Origin: Thecamonas trahens ATCC 50062
Taxonomy: Eukaryota > Protista > Apusomonadida
Direction of reading: 5' to 3'
NCBI RefSeq assembly: GCF_000142905.1
Contig: NW_013657635.1
Coordinates: 1 to 64,000, forward strand
Length of the DNA stretch: 64,000 nucleotides
In this document: positions 11,930 to 22,031 of the stretch, one piece after another
How the letters are laid out: the number at the start of each line of letters is the position of its first letter
Position numbering within the stretch: the stretch's first letter is position 1
Translations under genes and position numbers: made by a program
The notes under the pieces: generated by a model
What the model saw: only the letters and a program-made list of their open reading frames with translations
What the model was told of the DNA's origin: nothing
The model's database searches: none

Positions 11930-12553
11930 ATGGCGGCTGCAGCAAGACCCCCTAGCTCTGGAACAACACTCACGGTTGCGCTTCTCGGCGATGTGGGCTC
12001 GGGCAAGACGTCAATGTTCAAGATGCTCACAACCGGAGCGCTTGATGGTGAACCCGAGCCCAAGTCTACGTTGGCCGCGATTGCAGTGCCCGGCGTTGGC
12101 AGGCTCGAGATCAGAGATACCGACGGCAGTGAGAAGGAATTCCGCCTGCCTCCTAGGCACCTACATGGAGTCAACGCCGTGGCTATCGTTTTCGATACCT
12201 CCAAGCCTGACGCGCTCGATGGGGTGGATGCCACATGGAGCGCGTTTCTCGAGTCAAACTCCGCCACTGATCTTGACGGCGTCTCGACCTTTCTCCTCGC
12301 CCATGTCCGCCACGGCATAGAGCTTGGTAGTAGCGAGCGCAAGGTGGCACAGATCATTGCTGCGCGGCTCGGTGCACGGCTGATCTCTGTCGACGCCGCA
12401 GACAAGCCTGGCCTGGTCGCAGCGTTCAACATGATCGCCGTCACTGCCGCCGCCCGCCGAACACGCGAACGCATCGGGGCCAAGAACCCCACTTCCAAGC
12501 TTAGCACTACACGCAAAGACTGTCGGCGGACCGGATGTTGCTGCCTCACGTGA
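11930..12553 (+). CDS. Divergent Rab-like small GTPase, copy 1
   Basis: P-loop GDVGSGKT, altered G3 RDTDG, no NKxD, C-terminal CCCLT prenylation motif. Confidence 0.8.
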   Translation: MAAAARPPSSGTTLTVALLGDVGSGKTSMFKMLTTGALDGEPEPKSTLAAIAVPGVGRLEIRDTDGSEKEFRLPPRHLHGVNAVAIVFDTSKPDALDGVDATWSAFLESNSATDLDGVSTFLLAHVRHGIELGSSERKVAQIIAARLGARLISVDAADKPGLVAAFNMIAVTAAARRTRERIGAKNPTSKLSTTRKDCRRTGCCCLT

Positions 12554-12830
12554 CCTTTGCGCCGAGTAGCTGTAGCCGCCGACCAAAAGCCGTAAAGGCT
12601 CAGTTCCATGGCCACTGCAATACCGCACACATCCTCTCTCGCCCATCGGATCGCAGCCTCCATGTCCTACATCGCATATGCAGACGGGATTACTCGTATT
12701 TGATGCGTTTCCGGTGCCGGCAACGACGGGTCGTCACACGCCGCTGCCGGCGGGATAGCAATATCGAAGCTTAGCTCCATGGCCGCTCCTGCTGGCTTCT
12801 TCGTGCGCCATCACCATCACCTCTCTTACC

Positions 12831-13448
12831 ATGGCCGCCAGCAACACACACCTACAGCTGCCATTACTCAAGATCGTGCTTGTAGGCGACGCGGGGACCG
12901 GCAAGTCGTCCATCATCCGACAGGTGACGGAAAAGCGGCTGAGTGAGGTTCCGACACGTCTGGGCGTCGCTTTCGCCAACTTTACCATCGACAATCTTGC
13001 ACGGCTGCAATTGTGGGACACCGCTGGGGCCGAGCGGTTCCCGAACGGCTTGTCGCGCCTTTTCTACCGTGCCGCAGATGCCGTCGTCATCGTCTTTGAT
13101 GCCGCCAACGCCGACTCGCTCAAATCGATCGAGACGGTCTGGCGGCAGTCGCTGGAGGAACACAGCATGACCGATCTCGACGGCGTCTCGATCTTCATTC
13201 TTGCTCATACACGCTACGGTGTAGAGCTCTCCGATGACATGGCGACGACGGCACGGACGCTCGCTGAGGAGATGAACGCACGGCTGTTCACCTGCGACGC
13301 CGCCGACTTTGACGGCCTCGAAAAGATCTTCACCAAGATCGGCATCGCTGTTACCGCCCGATCCACACGTGAGCGCATCGGCGTCAAACGCCCTACCATC
13401 AGCATCGCCAAGAACGACTGTCGCCAGACTGGATGCTGCTGTGCGTGA
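12831..13448 (+). CDS. Divergent Rab-like small GTPase, copy 2
   Basis: KIVLVGDAGTGKS, WDTAGAERF, FYRAADAVVIVFD, no NKxD, C-terminal CCCA. Paralog of copy 1 (shared TDLDGVS.F.LAH and TRERIG..DCR.TGCCC). Confidence 0.9.
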   Translation: MAASNTHLQLPLLKIVLVGDAGTGKSSIIRQVTEKRLSEVPTRLGVAFANFTIDNLARLQLWDTAGAERFPNGLSRLFYRAADAVVIVFDAANADSLKSIETVWRQSLEEHSMTDLDGVSIFILAHTRYGVELSDDMATTARTLAEEMNARLFTCDAADFDGLEKIFTKIGIAVTARSTRERIGVKRPTISIAKNDCRQTGCCCA

Positions 13449-13570
13449 CGCGTCCGATACGCCGTGCCGCCCGCACCATCTCGACGCAACCGCACCATTT
13501 GCTCGCTTTCGCACAGCCCGCCAGCCCGCACCACCCACTCCACCCCACGCAGCCCTCGCCAGAAGTGGGC

Positions 13571-14266
13571 ATGGCCTTTGCAGCCCTGCCCGACCTTCCT
13601 CCTGAGCTGCTACAACAAATTGCATTCGACTCTGGTGTGCTCGACCCCCCTGACGTGCTCGCGTTGGTGCTGACCTCCAAAGCGATAGCAGCCAAGATCG
13701 CTGGCACTGCCTTTGATGTCGATCTGTGGTGGTCACTCGCCGGTCCTCTCTTTGCTGTCCATCGACGGGCATGGCGGGCGGCACGGCTATCAATTTCGCC
13801 ACGGCGAAAGAGGCGATGGCCTGATCATGTGGTCCAGGGCGCTCTGGTCGCCGCGCTGGCGCATCCTCGGAGCGTAGTCGACTCATGGGATGAGGACGAG
13901 TCGGATGCTTGGCAGGACGCCGTCTTGGCGCTTTCAGCCTCGCCTATCACCGTCGATGGCGTCGTGCCGGGCTCGGTGACGGCATTGCTCCGCTGGTACG
14001 GTATTCGGGTCATTCCGTGGTCGGTCACCGATCTGGCCGTCATCTGCGACCACGTGAACGTTGTCGCCGCCTTGGCGACCTCGGCCGACACAGCCAGCAT
14101 CGCACGCTTGCTCCGCCGAGCCATGCGGTTTTCAGGAGCCGATGAGCAAATGGTGGAGCTCCTGCTTGGCCTTGCTGGTGCACACAATGTCGATCGCGGG
14201 GTGCTGGCGGCCGACGCCCGCGTGTGGGGCCGCAACGAGCTCGCCGCCCGCCTCGAGCAACAGTAG
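13571..14266 (+). CDS. F-box-like protein with possible degenerate ankyrin-like helices
   Basis: N-terminal LPDLPPELLQQIAF..DVLALVLTSK; C-terminal DHVNVVAAL / EQMVELLL helical repeats. Confidence 0.55.
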   Translation: MAFAALPDLPPELLQQIAFDSGVLDPPDVLALVLTSKAIAAKIAGTAFDVDLWWSLAGPLFAVHRRAWRAARLSISPRRKRRWPDHVVQGALVAALAHPRSVVDSWDEDESDAWQDAVLALSASPITVDGVVPGSVTALLRWYGIRVIPWSVTDLAVICDHVNVVAALATSADTASIARLLRRAMRFSGADEQMVELLLGLAGAHNVDRGVLAADARVWGRNELAARLEQQ

Positions 14267-14272
14267 CCGCGC

Positions 14273-15082
14273 TCAGCGCTTGGCGCTCGCCCAGCGTAGC
14301 ACATCCTCTTCCCCACGCACCTCAAGCAGCTCGAGCTCGTGGGTCGGCAGTGGAACGAGCGCCCGGCGCATTGTCTGTGCCATCGACCATATCCAGAGTG
14401 CGCGCGGCATGACCGGCGTTACGTCCTGGTCCGGCTCGAGCCCGCGACACACCATGCGGCCAAGCATGTTGTTGACAAGCGGAAACGGCGAGATCTTGAC
14501 AACCTCATCTCGGCGCCAGCACCCAGGCACTGGCTGAAAGGCAATCAGGCCGCCATCAAACGCCGCCCGCCCACGAAAAGTAGTGGTCAGCGCCGGCGCC
14601 GAGAAGCCCGGCAGGTAGCAAGAGGCCGCAAGAGCATCGATGACGTCTTGCCTCGACTCAAACTCGCTCACCATCTCCACGTGCGGCTGCATTCGGCTCC
14701 GGCGGCCTTGCTCGTCGACTTGCTCCATAAATGCAACAGCGATGCTTGCCCGGGCGGTCATCATCTCCGCCACCTCGTCGCCGTCTGGTACCAGCAATTC
14801 GAGCTCGGTACGGACAACCTCATCCAGAGCCCAGACTGCGCGCGTTGGCCGTGCTGCCAGCTGAGCATTAACCTTGCTAATAGTCTCGCGCAGCAACTCG
14901 ACCGGAATGTCACACGCGCCCGCCATCGCCGCCAGAGCTCCGCCCGATGCGCCGGCGAATCGCCAGCCGCGCTCGGCGTTCATCGCCTCGGCGCCGACAG
15001 ACCTCAGCGCCGACAGCGCACCCAGAAAGTACGGCAATAGGAATCCCGAGCCCGAGAATGACGCGCCGCGTACTTGCCACAT
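14273..15082 (-). CDS. Patatin-like phospholipase/lipase (PNPLA family)
   Basis: SFSGSGFL glycine-rich loop, GASGG nucleophile elbow, ASCYLP, DGG motif. Confidence 0.9.
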   Translation of the reverse strand: MWQVRGASFSGSGFLLPYFLGALSALRSVGAEAMNAERGWRFAGASGGALAAMAGACDIPVELLRETISKVNAQLAARPTRAVWALDEVVRTELELLVPDGDEVAEMMTARASIAVAFMEQVDEQGRRSRMQPHVEMVSEFESRQDVIDALAASCYLPGFSAPALTTTFRGRAAFDGGLIAFQPVPGCWRRDEVVKISPFPLVNNMLGRMVCRGLEPDQDVTPVMPRALWIWSMAQTMRRALVPLPTHELELLEVRGEEDVLRWASAKR

Positions 15083-15674
15083 CTCTCTGCTGCCGTGCTA
15101 TGTGTGAGAGAGTGGTGCTCGAGCTCGAACTCAGGCTCGGGCTCTTCACGAGAGACCGTTCTCCGGATCTGAGTCGAGTTTGCCCTTGGCAATCCCGCAA
15201 CAGGCTCAACCGTCGACCATCCGCCACCGCTTCTGTCCGTACCACGACCAGCACCGCGATCCCGACACCCGATCCCGTCCGTCGCACCCATCGGGCTCAG
15301 CCGCCATACCACGCCGGATCCTGCTCCCGCTCTCGCTCTCGCTCTCGCTCGCGCTCCCGCACCCGCACCCGCACCCGCACCCGCTTCCGATGCCCCTCCG
15401 GATCCCACAACAACCTCGCCTCACATCTAATCCCCGTGATCGCACCCACCAACAACATCGCCATTGTTATCCATGGCATTGTCATGATGACAATTGGCGG
15501 CAGAGGCAACGACGCGTTCGGCGGCTTAACGATGACAGTCCGACTTCCGTCAGCCAAGTTGGGCAAGGAGAAACAGCTCACTTTACCCAAGCCCCACCTC
15601 CCGAAAGCCAAGCCCAAGGTTCAAGGTCATCCCCCCCCCCCCCCCCCTACCCTCCCCTTCATACCCCATACACT

Positions 15675-15860
15675 ATGCTCCGTACTGGTCTTCTTGCACG
15701 TAGTGTGCCGTCTGTCCTCAACCGGATGTTGAGTAGCTCTGCTCGGTTGGCGAGTGCCCCCACTCCCCCACCGCTCTCCAGGTCACCGAGGACGAGAGCA
15801 TGCTGAAGGAGGCAGGTACGTACCGCATCGAGTGAGTGATGTCTCATGCAATGGTGATGG

Positions 15861-15891
<31 letters not shown>

Positions 15892-17192
15892 GGTGGTGGT
15901 GGTGGTGGTGATCATGGACAATCGTCATGATGGTGAGGATCATGGTAACCATCATGGTGACAACCATCGTGGTAGCCATCATGGTGACAACCATCATGAT
16001 GATCACGGTGACAGCCGTCATGATCACCCCCGCAGCCATCACCAACACACAGCCATCACCAACACACATACACTCACCTCACTCCCACACAGTCGCCCGT
16101 TTCGCTGCAGAGGAGGTCGCGCCCAAGGTGGCGGCCATGGAGGCCAACGAGGCGCTCGAGCCGGCGATCATCGACGGCATGTTTGAAATGGGCCTCATGG
16201 GCGTCGAGGTGCCCGAGGAGCACGGCGGCGCCGGCATGTCGTTCACCGCAGCCTGCCTCGCCATCGAGGAGCTGGCCAAGGTCGACGCCGGTGTCTCGGT
16301 CACTTGCGATGTGCAGAACACACTGGTGTGCAACACGTTCCTCAACTTTGCCTCGGACGAGATGAAGGCCGAGTACCTGCCGCGCCTGACGTCGGACACG
16401 CTCGCGGCGTTCTGCCTCTCCGAGGCGAGCTGTGGATCGGATGCGTTTGCACTCAAGACGACGGCCATTGCCGACGGCGACGACTACGTGCTCAACGGCG
16501 AGAAGATGTGGATCACCAACGCGAAGGAGGCCGGTCTCTTTGTTGTCTACGCCAACGTCAACCCGACCGCCGGCTACAAGGGCATCACCGCCTTTGTCGT
16601 CGAGCGCGACGCGCCAGGCCTCTCGGTCGGCAACACCATTCCCAAGCTCGGCCTCCGCTCCTCGTCGACCTGCCCGGTCGTCCTCGAAGATGTGCGTGTC
16701 TCCAAGTCCGCCATTCTCGGCGAGGAGGGTCTTGGCTACAAGTACTCGATCGAGACCCTCAACGAGGGCCGCATTGGCATCGCCGCCCAGATGGTCGGCA
16801 TTGCCCAGGGTGCCTTCGATGCCGCCATGGAGTACGTCTTTGAGCGCAAGGCGTTTGGCAAGCCCGTCGGCGAGTTTGATTCGATGCGCGCCGAGTACGC
16901 TTCCATCTCGTGCCAGATCGCCGCCGCACGCCTCCTCACCTACGAGGCCGCCCGCCGCAAGGAGCATGGCCTGCCGTTTGTCAAGCACGCCGCGCAGGCA
17001 AAGTACGTGGCCGCGCAAGCTGCAGAGGCCACCACCTCCAAGGCCATCGAGTGGGCCGGCGGCGTCGGTTTTGCCCGCGAGTACCCGATGGAGAAGCGCT
17101 GGCGCGACTCCAAGATCGGTGCCATTTATGAGGGCACCAACCTTATCCAGCTGCAGACCATCGCAAAGCTCGTCGCCTCCGAGTACAAGTAG
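15675..17192 (+). CDS. ACADSB: Mitochondrial short/branched-chain acyl-CoA dehydrogenase; exons 15675-15815 and 16093-17192; one frame break at about 15767
   Basis: Arg/Ser-rich transit peptide MLRTGLLARS; TEDESMLKEAV|ARFA; FCLSEASCGSDAF, NGEKMWITN, KLGLRSSSTC, LNEGRIGIAAQ, RDSKIGAIYEGT. Intron GTACGT(15816)..CAG(16092). Confidence 0.92.
15853..16040. repeat. Intronic (GAT)n/(GGT)n microsatellite plus imperfect catcatggtgacaac repeats
   Basis: Read directly inside the ACADSB intron. Confidence 0.8.
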
Positions 17193-17226
17193 ATGTAAAG
17201 TCCTCTGCGCAAGCCGCTGCTTCAGT

Positions 17227-19847
17227 TTACTTCTGCGACCGTGCTGCAGAGAGCTCGAGCTCAAGGTCGTTGACCCGCGCCTCAAACTCGATCGCACGGT
17301 CCTCCACCTCGTCGAGCTCGTCCTCCAGCTTGGTCAGTGCCTCTTCGTAGTCGGCAATCTTCTGCTTGGCCTCGTCAAGCTCAGCTTGCTTCTGCGCAAG
17401 CTCAGCTGCCATCTTGCCCGTGTCCGAGCTCGCCGCCGCCGCCAGCTGCGCCTCCAGTTCCGCCACCCGCGTCTGGAGCTGCTTGATCTCCACCGCCCGC
17501 CGCCCGACGCCGATGCCGTCGCAGCTGCCGTCGCCGCTGCCGTCGCCGCTGCCGCAGCGCCAGCCTCAGCCCCGTCATCATCGTCGTCGTCATCATCATC
17601 ATCGTCGTCGTCATCATCATCGTCGTCGTCATCATCGTCATCATCGTCGTCATCGTCGTCATCGTCGGCGTCGGCGTCGGCAATGACCGCCCGCAGCTCG
17701 GCAACGGTCTCTTCCGACGCACACAGCTCCTCCTCGAGCCGCGCGATGACCTCGTCATAGCCCTCGAGCTTGGCCTCGGCGATGGCGCGGGCCTCGACAG
17801 CAGCAGCCAGCTCGGCCGCGCGTGCCTCCGAGTCCTCCTTCTCCTGCTCGGCGAGCCGACTCTCGAGCTGCTCGCCCTTGGCCACCGCCGCAGCCAGCTG
17901 CGACTTGGCCTCGGACAGCGCAGCCTCGAGCTCGGCGATACGCGCCGCCGCCGACTGGGCCTCGGCCTCGGCAGCTGCAAGCTTGTCGCGGGCGGCCTGC
18001 GCCTCGGCGGTCGCAGCCTCGAGCTTGGACGCCGTGGCGTCGGCTTCAGTCCGCAGCTCCTCGATGGTCGCGTTGAGTGCCTGGTTCGCCGCCAGCGCGT
18101 CGGCCAGCTGGCTTTCGCCCTCGCCCGCCGCCGCAGCCGTCGCAGCCTCGGCCGACTCGGCGCGCGCCACCGCAGATGCGAGCTGCCGCTCCAGTGAGGA
18201 CTTTTCGTTCTCCACCACCGCCAGCTTGCCGCGGAGCTCGGTCGTCTGCGCCGCCGACTCGGTCGCCGCCGCAGACCCGGCCTGGGTCGCCGCCGCCAGC
18301 TGACCCTGAAGGTCCGCGTTGGATGCCGCCAGGTCCGCGTTGGTCGACTTGAGCGATGCCACCTCCTGCTTCAGCAGATCGAGCTCGGACATCATCACCT
18401 TGGCGCTCTCGTCGTGCTTCTCGGCCTGCTCCACAAGCGCCTCGGCCTTGCGCTGCGCTGCATCACGCTCGGCCTCGAGCTGCGAGTTGACCCGCGTCAG
18501 CGTCGCCAGCTCGGCCGCAGACGACTCGGCTGCCATGATGGCCGCTGCGGGGTTGACCGCAGCAACCTTCTTGACCGGCGCTGGTGCTGCGGCTGTCGCC
18601 GCTGCCGCATCCGGTGCAGAGGCTGCTGCCGCCGGACCAGCTGCCACAGCCTCCACCACGGTCGCCGGAGTGGTTGCTGTGACTGCTGCCGCCGGCTCCG
18701 TCGCCGCTGACGCCGACGCCGCAGCCGACTTCGCCGCAGACACAGGCGCCGTCGCCACAGCGTCGTCGGCCGCGGCAAGCGCCTTGAGCGACAAGATCGC
18801 CAGCTCGTGGTCCGAGCGCGCCAACTTGGCACCGTCGCCCATGCCGCCGAGCAGGATTAGCGTCTTGGTCTTGGGCACAAAGTCGAGCGTGGCGTAGGCA
18901 CGGGCCGACGGGGCGTTGACCGCTCCGCGGAGCTCGGTCCACGACAGAGTGCGGAGGTCGAACCGCCACAGGTCACCAAACGTAGTCTCACCGTTGCTTC
19001 CGCCAAACATGTACACCTCCGAGCCAACGGTAGCACTGGCGGCGCCGAAGCGTGCTGTCGGCCAGGCGCCGCCCTCCGGCTTGGCGAGCTGAATCCACCG
19101 GGCTGCTGCGTAGTCAAGAAGCCACATGTCGTCGGTGGCGCCGTCGGCGGTCGCTCCGCCAAACACCACCATGTAGTCACCAAAGGCGTCGCCCTCGCCG
19201 CGGCGCTTCCGCTTGGCCGGCTTGACCGCTGGTGCCGAACCAGTCACGGCCTTGACCACGCTTGTCGTCACCTCGGCCGGGAGAGCAAACGCGACATGCG
19301 AGTGGCGCGGCGCAGGCGCCACATCACCAGCCATCTCGCACTCGACCCAGACCCGGCCAGCAGAGGCCAGATGCCGCTGCGACTCGGGGATGGCAAATGC
19401 CCAGAGAGCGTTCGAGCACGTTCCGTCGGCCATGAGGCCTCCGTACAGGACCATGTCTGACGAGAGGGTGGTGAACGAGGCGTTGGCGGTAGCAGGTGGC
19501 GGATCGGACGTGATCCGTGGCGCAGAGAAGGCGCCGGCATCGTGCCGGAGAACGGCGAGCGAGGCAGAGATCTCGCCGCTGTGGGTCATACCACCAAACA
19601 CATACGTCTTGTTGCCCATGACAGCCACTGCAGCAGAATGAAACGGATCGGGACGGCGACCAACACCAGCAACTTTCTTCCACTTGCGGAGCGCGCCCGT
19701 AGTCAGCTGATGCATGGTGGCGGCGACAGCACCTTTGTCAGAAATTCCTCCCAAAACGTAAATGGAGCCGTCTTTGCCCGACACCAGCGTCGACTGGTGG
19801 GAGAGCGGGAAGGGCGAGCCTGCAATACGGAGTGTCTTCCATGACAT
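17227..19847 (-). CDS. Kelch beta-propeller + long Ala/Glu coiled coil with poly-Asp insert (frame break at about 17497)
   Basis: Kelch motifs IYVLGG, TYVFGG, MVLYGG, MVVFGG, VYMFGG, LILLGG. The heptad-rich C-terminal half continues in ORF 17227-17493. Confidence 0.85.
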
Positions 19848-19991
19848 AGTCGCCTTCTTTTACACCAAGATAAACAGTGAGAGTCAAGTGTGTCTCCTCC
19901 TCCTCGACGTACCACCTCCTGTCCAACCCGCACGCCGAAGCGTGACAGGTGCGAGTTCCGAAGAAAGCCGTCAAAACGTGCTTCAGCCTTT

Positions 19992-20640
19992 TACGCCACG
20001 AAATGGACAGGTTTGTCCATCGCGCAAGCCGCGCTCCGCGACGCTCCCCAGACGTCACACCGTCCATCAAATGCGGAAAAAGAGCAGTAGGATGTGCTAA
20101 TGGCTGCCGCAACAGAAAACAGTCGCCGATGCAGAGATGGATGCCGCACGCGGCGCAAAGGTCCGCAGCCGCAATCGCTTGCCATGAAGCTTCCGGCAGG
20201 CGAGGCAGTCGCATCGCAAAGCGGCTTGCTGGGGAAAGTGGCGATGACAAGCAGTCGCTGCAAAGGGACGCTTCCGCTTGCGCGACGGCGCGGAGCTGAC
20301 GGTGTCGGCGCTGGCGGCGAGGGCTCCGGTGACACGGTCGTCTCGGCAAGCAACGACGACGTCGTTGAGTCTGGAAGACGAGGGCAGGCTGCCAGGAAAC
20401 GACACTCGATCGAGTCCTTCCACGAGAACAGCGAGATCATCGCCCACGTTGCACACAAGAGCGTCGCCGGGACGAGCGTCGGGCGGCAGGCCCCACGTGT
20501 GAGCCACGCATCGGGCGCGCCTCCCACCTCAAGCCGCAGGCCGAGCAGGCGTCGCGCAGCGTCGGCTGGTGACCTGGATGTCAACCATCATAGAGTTGTT
20601 CACTTTGAGACGCGCGACAACGCGTCCGAACAACCGTACC
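19992..20640 (+). repeat. Dispersed repeat, long copy (A)
   Basis: 20002-20025 and about 20423-20640 align with the reverse complement of about 51932-52172. Confidence 0.8.
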
Positions 20641-20736
20641 TCTTTAAATCAGTGAGGAGGGAAGCGCTATCCACGATGGTGTGTGTGTGTGTTAGCAGAT
20701 GTGGCGGTGTTGGTGTTGATGGTTCGGGTGCGGTGG

Positions 20737-21606
20737 TTATCCACGACGGTGTGCGTGTGGATGGCGGGGAAACGATGGCGTTACCATCGGCGTGACGGGC
20801 GTAGCAAATGCTAAAGGCGAGGCTGCCGGTAGAGGCACCGCTCGTACGGGGGTGGCTGACAGCAGGGCCGCAACATTGCGCGAGTGCTCTGCGCGGATCG
20901 AGGCCTCCAAAGCCTCGGTCTGCGCTGCCGCCCCGCGCACCATCGCCGACTCGAGCGAGCCGATGAGCGCGTGCAAGTCCTCGCCACGTGACAAAGCGCG
21001 GTGCTTGCGCTTGCGCTTGCGCTTCTGACGGTGCTTGCCGCGACGCCGCGACGACGACGACGGTGCCGATGATGGCGCCGACGACGGTGCCTCCTGCTTG
21101 GATCGAGCTCTTTGGCGCTTGCTCTCCTTGGCCAGTGCCAGCTTGGAGAGCAAGTGCTCGACGTGCTCCCGCAGCCGGAGCGCCATCTCTGGACTGAGCC
21201 CTCGCGCCGACTGCAGCATCTTCACCCATCGCCTGTACTCGCGCTCGATCTTGTTCAGCGCCCGTCGATCATGACTGTGGCGGCGGGAGCGACCACCATG
21301 ACTCCGCCCGCTCTTCCTCCGGTGCCTACGTCTGCCTCTTCTCTCTCCGTGACAGCCACGACGACCACGACGATGCCTCTTGCCGCTGTCACCCTCTTTT
21401 CCCTTGGCTGCACCTCGTCCACCATCAGCACAGCCATCCGCATCACCACTCTCGTCATCATCATCATCACCATCGTTGGAATCCAGCAGCCCAGCAGCTA
21501 CCGACTCCATATCAACATCATGGCCACACGACCAATCACCATCTGCAGCCAGATTGTCCCACATATGTAACGAGCCTTTCCAACCATCATTCTCATCCAA
21601 ACCACC

Positions 21607-21664
<58 letters not shown>

Positions 21665-21813
21665 GTATCGTGGTCCGTCTCGAACATGGCCAAGTCATAG
21701 CCACTCTCGGAGCTCTCGAGCATTTGAGTCAACGTATGGACGCTGGTATCCATACAAGGCAAAGACCGCTCATCATCACTCGCCACCTGGACCGTGCTCC
21801 CAGTCTCACTCAT
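20737..21813 (-). CDS. Low-complexity acidic/basic protein of unknown function, possibly nuclear
   Basis: 358-aa ORF with poly-Asp, Arg/His-rich block and KRKRKRK. A possible terminal intron 20784-20667 (GTAACG..GCTAAC..TAG) would end the CDS at about 20649. Confidence 0.6.
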
Positions 21814-22031
21814 GGCCCTTTTCTCGAAGCCCCCCTTGCTATTCTTCTCGCGCTCGACGTGCGTAGAGCCGAGTGGCGAGCGGTTCGGTGACAGTTGCCG
21901 CGACTGCTACGAGTCGCTAACACTCGCGGCCGGCTGAGCGATGCTGATCCTCGGCTTGAGCCTAACGTCTTCATTTCAGCATGTGTTCCCTTGCCGGCCT
22001 CCTCCTGCTGACTGGCTGGCTAGCTGGCTGG

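Noticed and set aside
15927-16092. Hydrophobic MMVRIMVT.. N-terminus of the acyl-CoA dehydrogenase ORF
   Set aside because: It is intronic microsatellite. The true exon 1 with transit peptide is at 15675-15815.
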